Positions 1 through 10,461 of a stretch of 64,000 nt of DNA are shown one piece after another. The notes under the pieces are model-generated. The model had not been told where the DNA came from and ran no database searches. It worked only from the letters and a program-made list of their open reading frames with translations. The translations under genes and the position numbers were made by a program. The stretch spans positions 11,100,001-11,164,000 of the forward strand of contig NC_058369.1 of the NCBI RefSeq assembly GCF_018350175.1, given 5' to 3'. Position 1 is the stretch's first letter, and every line of letters begins with the position of its first letter. The DNA comes from Felis catus. Taxonomy: Eukaryota.

Positions 1-13
1 AGAAGATGTGGTG

Positions 14-57
<44 letters not shown>

Positions 58-440
58 GAAGTATTACTCGGCAATCAAAAAGAATGAAACCTTGCCATTT
101 GCAACTATGTGGATGGAACTGGAGGGTATTATGCTAAGTGAAATTAGTCAGAGAAAGACACAACTCATGTGACTTCACTCATATGAGGACTTTAAGAGAC
201 AAAACAGATGAACATAAGGGAAGGGAAACAAAAATAATATAAAAACAGGGAGGGGGACAAAACAGAAGAGACTCATAAATATGGAGAGCAAACTGAAGGT
301 TGCTAGAGGGGTTGTGGGAGGGGGAATGGGCTAAATGGGTAAGGGACATTAAGAAATCTACTCCTGAAATCATTGTTGCACTATATGCTAACTAATCTGG
401 ATATAAATTTTAAAAAATAAAAAATAAAATTAAAAAAAAA
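1..440 (+). mobile_element. 3' end (3'UTR and poly-A) of a carnivore L1, inserted into the minus-strand L1 to its right
   Basis: Typical L1 3'UTR text (ccttgccatttgcaac...atgctaagtgaaat...gagaaagaca) ending in an A-rich tail at about 410-440. Confidence 0.9.
21..54. repeat. (CA)n microsatellite
   Basis: Direct reading. Confidence 0.95.
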
Positions 441-3400
441 GAAATGCAACCAATTTCTATGCATTTATTTTATATCCTGCTACTTTCCTGAATTCATGGA
501 TCAGTTCTAGCAGGTTTTTGATGGAATCTTTTGAGTTTTCCACATAGGGAATAGCATGTCATCTGCGAAGAGTGAAAGTTTGACTTCCTTCTTGCTGATT
601 TGGATGCCTTTTATTCCTTTGTGTTGTCTGATTGCTAAGCTAGGACTTCCAACACTATATTGAATAACAGTAGTGAGTGTGGACATCCCTGTCATGTTCC
701 TGAGCTTAGAGGGAAAACTCTGTTTTTCTCCATTAAGGATGATATTAGCAGTGGGTCTTTCATATATGGCCTTTATGATCTTGAGGTACAGTCCTTCTAC
801 CCCTACTTTTTTGAGGGTTTTTATCAAGAAATGATGCTGTATTTTGTCAGATTCTTTCTTTGCATCTATTGAGATCATGTGGTTCTTGTCCTTTCTTTTT
901 TTGGTGTAATGTATCACATTGGTTGTTTTGCGAATATTGAACCAGCCCTGTATCCCAGGTATAAATCCCACTTGGTCGTGGCGAATGATTATTTTAATGT
1001 ACTGTTGGATCCAGTTGGCTAGTAATTTGTTGAGAAATTTTGCATTGATGTTCATCAGGGAAAATGGTCTCCACTTCTCCTTTCTGGTGGGATCTTTGTC
1101 TGGTTTTGGAATCAAGGTAACGCTGGCTTCAATGAGTTTGGAAGTTTTCCTTCCACTTCTGTTTTTTGGAACAGCTTCAAAAGAATAGGTGTTAACTCTT
1201 CTTTAAATGTTTCATAGAATTCCCCTGGAAAGTCATCTGGCACCCTGGACTCTTGTTATTTGAGAGATTTTTGATTAATAATTCAATTTCTTTACTGGTT
1301 ATGGGTCTGTTCAATTTTTCTATTTCTTCTTGTTTCAGTTTTGATAGTGCATATGTTTCTAGGAATTTGTCCATTTCTTTGAGATTACCCAATTTATTAG
1401 TGTGTAATTGCTCATAATATTCTCTTATTATTGTTTGTATTTCTGCCATGTTGGTTGTGATTTCTCCTCTTTCATTCTTGATTTTATTTATTTGGATCCT
1501 TTCCTTTTTCTTTTAATCAAACTGGCTAAGGGGTTATCAATTTTGCTAATTCTTTCAAAGAACCAGATCCTGGTTTCATTTATCTGTTCTACTGTTTTTT
1601 TTGTTTTTTGTTTTTTGGGGGTTTTTTTTGGTTTCAATAGCATTGATTTCTGCTCTGATCTTTATTATTTCCCATCTTCTGCTGGTTTTCGGTTTATTTG
1701 CTGTTCTTTTTCGAGGCCTTAGGGTGTAAGGTTAGGTTGTGTATCTGAGACTTTTCTTCTTTCTTTAGGAAGGCCTGGATTGCTATACACTTCCCTCTTA
1801 TGACCATTTTGCTGCATCTCAGAGGTTTTGGGCTGTGGTGTTATCATTTTCATTGACTTCCATATACTTTTTAATTTCCTCTTTAACTTCTTGGTTAGCC
1901 CATTCATTCTTTAGTAGGATGCTCTTTAGTCTCCAAGTATTTGTTGTCTTTCCAAAAAAATTTTTGTGGTTGATTTCGAGTTGTGGTCTGAAAATATGCA
2001 TGGTATGATCTCTATCTTTTTGTGCTTGTTGAAGGCTGATTTGTGAAACAGTATGTGACCTAGTCTGGAGAATGTCCCATGTGCACTCGAGAAGAATGTG
2101 TATTCTGCTGCTTTAGGATGAAATGTTTTGAATATATCTGTTAAGTCCTTCCGATCCAGTGTGGATTTTCTGTTTAGATGATCTCTCCATTGCTGTAAGT
2201 GGGGTGTTGAAGTCCCCTACTACTATGGTATTATTATCAATGAGTTTCTGTATGTTTATGAGTAATTGATTTATATATTTGGGGGCTTTCATGTTTGGAG
2301 CATAAATGTTTACAATTGTTAGATATTCTTGGTGGATAGACCCCTTAATTGTGATATAATGCCCTTCTTCATCTCTTGTTACAGTCTTTATTTTAAAGTC
2401 TAGATTGTCTGATATAAGTATGGCTACTCCAGCTTTCTTTTGGCAACCATTAGCATGATAGATGGTTCTCCGTCCCCTTACTTTCAATCTGCAGGTGTCT
2501 TTGGGTCTAAAATGGGTCTCTTGTTAACAGCATATAGATGGATCTTGTTTTCTTATCCATTCTGTTACCCTATATCTTTTGATTGGAGCATTTAGTCCAT
2601 TGACTTTTAGAATGAGTCCTGAAGTATATAAATTTATTGCCATTATGTTGCCTGTAGAGTTGGAGTGTCTGGTGGTGATCTCTGGTCCTCTCTAGTCTTT
2701 GTTGCTTTTGGCCTTTTTTTGTTTTGTTTCATCTTTTCTCCTCTCAGAGAGTCCCCCTTAAAATTTCTTGCAGGGCTGGTATAGAGGTCATGAACTCCTT
2801 TGTTTTTGTTTGTCTGGGAAACTTTTATCTCTCCTTCTATTTTAAATAACAGCCTTCTGTATAAAGAATTGTTGGCTGCATAGTTTTCTGATTCAGCACA
2901 TTGAATATATCCTGCCACTCCTTTCTGGCCTTCCAAGTCTGTGGATAGTTCTGCTGTGAACCGGATCTGTCTTCCCCTGTAGGTTAACGACTTTTTTTGC
3001 CTTGCTGCTTTCATGATTCTTTCCTTGTCTGTGTATTTTGTGAATTTGACTATGATATGCCTTGTTGTTGGTTGGTTTTGTTGAATCCAGTGGCAGTTCT
3101 CTGTGCTTCCTGGATTTTGATTTCTGTATCTTTCCCCGGGTTAGGGAAGTTTTCTGCTATGATTTGCTCTCATAAACCTTCTATCCCTTTTTTTCTCTCT
3201 TCATCTTCTGGCACCCCTATGATTCAGATGTTATCCCTTTTTAATGAGTCACTGAGTTCTCTCATTCTTGTAATGTGTTCTTTTGCCTTAGTGTTGCTCT
3301 TTTTTTCTGCTTTACTATTGTCCATAAGTTTGCCCTCTATATCACTGATTCGCTGCTCTGCTTTACGCATCCTTGCCAACGTGGCATCCATTCAAGATTG

Positions 3401-5505
3401 CATCTCATTTATAGCATTTTTTTATTTTTTATTTTTTTTTAATGTTTATTTATTTTTGAGAGACCGAGTGTAAGCAGGGGAGGGGCAGAGACAGAGAGAA
3501 AGACACAGAATCTGAAGAGGCTCCAGGTTCTGAGCTGTCAGCACAGAGCCCAACACAAGACTCGAACTCACAAGCCATGAGATCATGACCTGAGCCGAAA
3601 TCAGACACTGAACCGACTGAGCCACCCAGACGCCCCTCATTTATAGCATTTTTAATTTCATCCTGACTAGCTTTTACATCTTTTATCTCAGAAGAAAGGG
3701 ATTCTTTGCTTTTTTCATTCCCAGCTAGTATTCTTATTATTGCAATTCTAAATTATGGATAGACATCTTGCTTGCATCTATGTTGATTAAGTCCCTGGCT
3801 ATCATTTCTTCCTGTTCTTTCTTTTGGGGTGAATTTCTTCATTTAGCCATTTTGGAGGAATAAAAATAATTAATAAAATTTAGAAAATAAATAAAAATTT
3901 AAAACAACACAAAAAATCAAATAAAGGTTGCTAGCTCCTAGGTGTGTTTTGTTCTCGTTGTTGAAAGAAGCATGATAGAATAGAGAAAAAAGAGAATGAA
4001 AAGAAAAGGGAAAAAATGTAAAACATTTGGAAATTTTTAAAAAATGAATACAGTAAAACAGAATAAAATGAAATGATGTAAGTAAAACAGGATCTTAAAA
4101 AAATTTACAAAAAAACTAAAAAATATAATAGAAAAAATTAAAGAAAATCTTTTTTATAAAAACAGAAAATAAAAATAAATTTTTTCTTTCTGTATTCAAG
4201 AATAAGAAAACAAAAGAAAAAGAAAAACATTGAATAGATGGACCAATGAACAGAGTGAAATACGATAGAAATTATATCGTTTCCCCAAGATGTCAAACTA
4301 TGAAGCACTTTATAGTCTTTATAGCAGAGAGACTTGTGGTATTCCTCTAGAGCATAGTTGGTGCAGTTGGTCAGGGCTTGGTGTAACATCTCTGTTGTCC
4401 ACTAGATGGTGCTGCTTAGCTTACTGGAGTGGATTGTTGTGTATGTGCATGCACAGGAGGATGGCATCACCCAGCCACCCAGTCTCTAGTATCAGAACTC
4501 TGTGCTCTTACCCACCAGCAATCAAGCATCCCTCCTTTGTCTCCAGTTTCCATCCACTCCCTGCTTCTACACTGTCCGCATCCAAGCCGTCAGCCTGCCA
4601 AGCAGCACCTCCCTCCCAAGTTTTATCTCAGATGGGGCTGTGTTTCCAAACCTCTCGCTTCTGTGTCCCCTGCAGCTTTGACCTGCTCAGACCCTCTTGG
4701 GGAGGGTCTCGCCAAGCAATGGCCAGGTGTCAGCCCACCCCCAGGAAGGTTTGTGCACCTGTGCTGCTGCAGATGCCCAGAGACTGTGGCTGGGTGCCTG
4801 CCCAGCCCAGAAAAAGTTTATGCAATCACGTAGCAGCAGCATTCCAGGGATCTTGGTAAATCACAACACACATCCAGCACCCGGCTTCACCCTTAATGTC
4901 CTTGTTCCAACACCAGCACATGTGGCTTTTCTCCGGGTCTGCTGGGACCTTTGCCTGTGGGGTGGCCACACAGCCTATACCAAATGTCCTCTCAGTTGGA
5001 GAACCACCTCTCCCCGTGTGGCCTAAGGATCCCGCGGACCTCTCTGTCTGCTCCTGGAGATTCACCCTTCCCACCAAAGCTCTACCAGGTATCAAGCTGC
5101 AGAGTTTCAGACTCTATGCTCCCCTGTTTATAGAGTTTTAATGGTATTTAAACCCTCTCTTTTCTCCTTTCTCCCTTTCCTATTAATTCCCTTACAGGTC
5201 TTTCCACTCTCTCTTTCTTTCCAGCTGCTGTCAGGGGGAATGTTTTTCCTGCACTCTCCCCCCTGTCTCTGTCCTCTCTCCACAAGCAAAAATAGCTCCC
5301 TACCCTCCCTGGCTTCTCTCTCCCCTAGTTCACCTCTCTGCACTGTGTACCTGCTGAGTTCTGTGGTTCAAGTCGTGCATATTGTTGTGTCAATCCTCAG
5401 ATCAATTTTCTAGGTGTGCAGGATGGTTTGGTGTTGATATGGCTGCGTTTCAGGGACAAGAGAGACAAAAACTTCCATGCTGCTCCACCATCTTGGCCCC
5501 TCCCC
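441..5505 (-). mobile_element. 5'-intact but decayed carnivore L1: 5'UTR about 5505-3851, ORF1 about 3850-2744, ORF2 from 2643 leftwards
   Basis: Minus strand starts GGGGAGGGGCCAAGATGG (YY1-type L1 start). ORF1 ends ...PALQEILRGTL*. ORF2 starts MAINLYTSGLILKVNGLNAPIKR. Track fragments give endonuclease (NIYAPN, VGDFNTPL) and RT (LSLFADDM) motifs. Stops, frameshifts and small deletions are present. Confidence 0.92.
3421..3636 (-). mobile_element. CanSINE (SINEC_Fc-type) inserted in L1 ORF1
   Basis: tRNA-derived head, CT tract and A tail; TSD tcatttatagcatttt at 3405 and 3637. Confidence 0.92.
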
Positions 5506-6060
5506 TATCCATAAGTCCATTTAAATATAATACAAGAAAGTGTACAAAAGCTTTAAAGCTTTATTATATAATTGTAAAAATGTAATCAACCAGAAACCTC
5601 TTTTTCCTTATTTCCAATGATGATGTGGGCTAATAAACCTAATTCAGGCAGATGTTGTTAGGAATAAATACAGTGGTTGAAAATATTTGGTGAGTTCAAG
5701 AACACTTTAGTGGGTAGTGAGTGGATGCACATATATGTGTGTGTGTGCATCTGTACATTACTTCATACAAATACACTCTTATATAAGAATGCATAACACA
5801 AACTCAGTAATGCCATCTTTTATGTTGAAAGGAAATTTAGGTGGGATATAAATGAAACCAGAAAATGTTTGAATTAGCACAGAATTAAAAGAATGTAGAA
5901 ACTTAGACACAAAATTTAAAGTAGAATGGGCTAACTTAATTTAATAGTAAATTACTTTTTCTTATCATAATGTGCAAAAGACCTCAAAGTCAGGATTCAT
6001 ATTTAAATATAAACTCATGGGGTTCATTGATAGAGTATGTGACTCTTTATTTTCTAAGAT

Positions 6061-7823
6061 TTTTTTTACCAATAATTACTTTTTTACCAATAATTACAAT
6101 AAATAAAATTTATCGTCAAATTGGTTTACATACAACACCCAGTGCTCATCCCAACAGGTGCCCTCCTCAATGCCCATCACCCATTTTCCCCTCTCCCCCA
6201 TGCCCCATCAACCCTCAGTTTGTTCTCAGTATTTAAGAGTCTCTTATGATTTGCTTCCTTCCCTCTTTGTAACTCTTTCCCCCTTTCCCCCCACCTCCCC
6301 CCCCCCCCGCCCCTGGTCTTCTGTTAAGTTTCTCAGGATCCACAAAAGAGTGAAAACATATGGTATTTGTCTTTCTCTGCCTGACTTATTTCACTTAGCA
6401 TAACACTTTCCAGTTCCATCCACGTTGCTGCACATGGCCAGATTTCATTCTTTCTCATTGCCAAGTAGGATTCCATTGTGTACATAAACCACGATTTCTT
6501 TACCCATTCATCAGTTGATGGACATTTAGGCTCTTTCCATCATTTGGCTATTGTTGAAACGCTGCTGTAAACATTGGGGTACAAGTGCCCCTACGCATCA
6601 GCACTCCTGCATCCCTTGGGTAAATTCCTAGCAGTACTATTGGTGGGTCATAAGGTAGATCTGTTTTTAATTTTTCAAGGAACGTCCACACTGTTTTCCA
6701 GAGCAGCTGCACCACTGCATTCCCACCAACAGTGCAAGAGTGATCCCATTTCTCCACATCCTCGCCAGCATCTATAGTCTCCTGATTTGTTCATTTTAGC
6801 CACTCTGACTGGCATGAGGTGATATCTCATTCGATATCAGATCAGATCCGGTTCGATATCCAGATCTGAAATTGCTGCAGCTAAGGTCAGAGAGGTTTTT
6901 CCTGCTTTCTCCTCTAGGGTTTTGATGGTTTCCTACCTCACATTCAGGTCCTTAATCCATTTTGAGTTTATTTTTGTGAATGGTGTAAGAAAGTGGTTTC
7001 GTTTCATCCTTCTGCATGTTGCTGTCCAGTTCTCCCAGCACCATTTGTTAAAGAGACTGCCTTTTTTCCATTGGATATTTTTTCCCTCTTTGTCAAAGAT
7101 TAGTAACATAGTGTTGGAAGTTCTAGCATCAGCAATCAGACAACAAAGTGAAATCAAAGGCATCAAAACTGTCAAAGATGAAGTCAAGCTTTCACTTTTT
7201 GCAGATGACATGATACTATACATGGAAAATCCAATAGACTCCACCAAAAGTCTGCTAGAACTGATACATGAATTCAGCAAAGTCGCAGGATACAAAATTA
7301 ATGTGCAGAAATCAGTTTCATTTTTATACACCAATAATGAAGCAACAGAAAGACAAATAAAGAAACTGATCTCATTCACAATTGCACCAAGAATCACAAA
7401 ATACCTAGGAATAAACCTAACCAAAGATGTAAAACATCTGTATGCTGAAACCTATAGAAATCTTATGAAGGAAATTGAAGAAGATACAAAGAAATGGAAA
7501 AACATTCCATGCTCATGGGTTGGAAGAATAAATATTGTTAAAATGTCAATACTACCCAAAACTATCTACACATTCAATGCAATCCCAATCAAAATTGCAC
7601 CAGCATTCTTCTCAAAGCTAGAACAAGCAATCCTAAAATTTGTATGGAACCACAAAAGACCCCAAATAGCCAAAGTAATATTGAAGAAGAAGATTAAAGA
7701 GGGAGGCATCACAATCCCAGACCTTAGCCTCTACTACAAAGCTTTAATCATCAGACAGTATGGTATTGTCACAAAAACAAACACATAGACCAATGTAATA
7801 GAATAGAGACTCCAGAATTGGAC
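6061..7823 (-). mobile_element. 5'-truncated, 5'-inverted L1 (minus-strand 3' part 6061-7104; inverted plus-strand ORF2/RT piece 7105-7823)
   Basis: Minus part encodes [26 protein letters not shown] plus 3'UTR. Plus part encodes NIVLEVLA...LFADDMILY...[11 protein letters not shown] ctaagat at 6054 and 7824. Confidence 0.88.
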
Positions 7824-7994
7824 CTAAGATCTTATTTTTAAGCTATCTGTACACCCAAGTGTTTCTTGAACTCACAACCCCAAGTTCAAGAGTCATGCAC
7901 TCACAGACTTAGCCAGGTGCCTTGAGCATGGGTCTCTTGATCTCAGGGTCATGAGTTAGAGCCCCCACATTTAGCAAGAGATAACTTTTGAAAT

Positions 7995-8027
7995 AGATGA
8001 TAGGTAGATAGATAGATAGATAGATAG
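7995..8027. repeat. (GATA)n microsatellite
   Basis: Direct reading. Confidence 0.85.
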
Positions 8028-8229
8028 AATCACATTTATATTTTTATCAATGAGGAGTTCACTTTTTCCATTCCATTTAAGCAATAGGGCAGACGCTCCA
8101 ATTTGACTTTTTTTCTTCCAGTTAAGGTTGGATTTCAACACAAAATGCCCTTACCCAGGAGAAGAGAAATGAATTAACTGAGAGACTAAAACTCATTTTC
8201 CTCCAAAACAATTTTATTGGATGAATGTC

Positions 8230-8960
8230 TATATTACATTCCCTTTAGTGCCATTACAAATTACCGCACAAGAAGCTCACAAGAAACAAATTTATGCTTT
8301 TGCAGTTTAGAGGTTAGAAACCTGAAGTATCCATGGGCTAAAATCAAGATGTCTGTAGGGCCTGGTTCCTTCATGGATGCTCCAGGAGAGACCATCTTCT
8401 TTCCTATTGTGGTTTCTAGGGACAACAAGCATCCTTTGGCTCATTGCCCTTTCTGCATCTTGAAAGCCAGCAATGTGGTGTCCTCACATCTCTCTCTGAT
8501 CCAACTACTCTGCCTTCCTCTCCAACATTTGACGGACCATGGTGATTACGTTAGTTCCACTATTAGTGGAATCTTAGTTTAAGGTCAGCTGATTAGAAGC
8601 CTTGCTCCAGGGGCAGCTGGGTGGCTCAGTCAGTTGAGTGTCCAACTTCTGCTCAGGTCATGATCTCACAGTTTGTGGGTGCAAGCCCCGCATCAGGCTC
8701 TGTGCTGATCTCTTGCTCAGAGCCTGGAGCCTGCTTCAGATTCTGTGTCCCCTTCTCTCTCTGCCCCTACCCCTGCTCACACTTTGTCTCACTCTGTTTC
8801 TCAAAAATAAATAAATGTAAAAAAAAAAAAAACTTTTAAAAAAAAAGAAGCCTTGCTCCATTTGTTACTTCAATCTCGCCCCATACTATAAAAAATAATA
8901 TATTCAAAGTTTCTAGGATTTAGAATGTGGACAATATCAGGAGGCTCTCATTCTGCCTGC
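8230..8960 (-). mobile_element. MLT1-type MaLR LTR relic interrupted by a CanSINE at about 8610-8846
   Basis: MLT1-like phrases (acaaattacc...gctaaaatcaagatgtc...ttctaggatttagaatgtggaca); SINE TSD agaagccttgctcca. Confidence 0.6.
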
Positions 8961-9149
8961 TAGAAAGCCTTCTCCAAAAGTATTTTATTTGATGTCACTC
9001 CAAGGCCTTTAAATAAAAGAAACAAACAGAATTTATCACAGCCCCTAGAATGACCGGATATACTTGTCATTCCAAATTCTATGCAAACACAACTTGCTTT
9101 GTGAAGAAGACCTACAACCACCTGCCCCTTGCTCTATCCCAGGACCGCA

Positions 9150-9480
9150 GCCTTGCTACTCAAAGAGTGGTCCACGGACCAGGACCTACAGTATCAATAT
9201 CATTCAGGAGCTTGTTAGACACACCATATCTTGAGCCCACCAGCACCTGCAAAATCAGAATCTGCATTTAAACCAGGATCCTAGGTGATTCATATGCACC
9301 TTGAGGTTGCAGAAGCGCTGGGCTAGAGTAGGTTTTCACACATTCTCAATTTGGCCTTTGAGGCAGGATGATTATTTGTGTTGGGAGCTGTCCTGCTCAC
9401 CACAGGTGTTTAGTAGCATCCCTCAGACATTGTCAAATACCCCCAGGGGGAAAGACTCATCTCTGGGTGGGAACCATGGG
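9150..9480. mobile_element. MER5-like plus MER20/MER3-like hAT DNA transposon relics; inverted paralogue at about 33010-33410
   Basis: ctactcaaagagtggtccacggacc...aatcagaatctgcattt and tttgtgttgggagctgtcc...ggaacca phrases. Confidence 0.55.
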
Positions 9481-10079
9481 CACAGAGTTTGAAAAATGGA
9501 GCACCCTGACAGAATCCAATCAACAGCTACCCCTTTCTGAAACCATAACCTTGAGAAGATCGCTAAATTCTTCAAGCCCCATTTCTCCATGGGGAATGGA
9601 GTTCACAACAGTATTCCTCACAGAATGAACTTTTATAAAGATTAAACCAGGCAATTCCTAGAAGCTGCTAAACTCAGATAATAGTGCATAAAAACATCTA
9701 AATATATCTCTTACAATAAACAAACATTTTATAATGGCATTTTAAATACTGGCTCTGAACTTGTGATATAAGTATGAAATCCCTAATTGTTTTTGCAAAA
9801 TTGTCATGAAGCCCATGGGTGTAGTGCCCAAGGTTTTATATCAAAGGAAAAACTTAACATCTCTGTTGAAAAGGGGAAAAGTTACTTTCTAGAGATGTCA
9901 GGGGCTGTGTCTCCACCACAATCAATGCTTTGAAGAATCCAAAGGACCTAGTCAAGATCAATCTCTCAGTCTCCAACAAGAGAAAATGTTCACTCTGGAT
10001 TGGGATAAGGTGCTGGGAGTTCAGATCTCTGAAAGGAAGAAGAAGTAATAGAAAAAGAGTAAGAAAGACTGGCTTCAAA

Positions 10080-10461
10080 TGGCTTATCACCTGGTCTCCT
10101 AGGAACAGGAATTCAACAGGAATAATTTCCTTTCTGTCCACACGGGTGTCCCACAGGGGAATCACGTGCCTCAAGGTGGGAGAAACAACAGTGAAATGTG
10201 CCTAATAAGCAGACCTAAGAGGCTGTAAATACCTCCTCTGCTGCAGCCCCACAGTGTGTACAACATCAGGCTGGACAAGACCTGGTCATTTCTTTTGCAG
10301 TCCTAAGTCTGGATGGGACACCGAAGTTTGACCCATCCTTGCTCTCACATCTGGAGACAGAGCTTCATCCTCCACCATCCAACGAGATAGGTATTTTGAT
10401 TTCCATGCAGAGACCTTCCTCTCAGAGACCCCATCTAGATGAGTTTTACATCCCAGTAAGT
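10080..10461 (+). promoter_or_regulatory. Putative promoter and non-coding 5' exon of the OR at 15936
   Basis: Colinear with 31499-31860 on the minus strand; acceptor tttgcAG at 10299-10300; donor GTAAGT at 10456; degenerate O/E-like sites. Confidence 0.55.

Noticed and set aside
4290..5141. Overlapping plus-strand ORFs of up to 189 aa (possible ORF0-like antisense product)
   Set aside because: They lie in a decayed GC-rich L1 5'UTR and show no recognisable homology
6922..7788. 288-aa ORF with an RT motif as a novel gene
   Set aside because: It is a chimera of antisense L1 and sense ORF2 across the inversion junction, starts at a non-ATG codon and has a truncated RT
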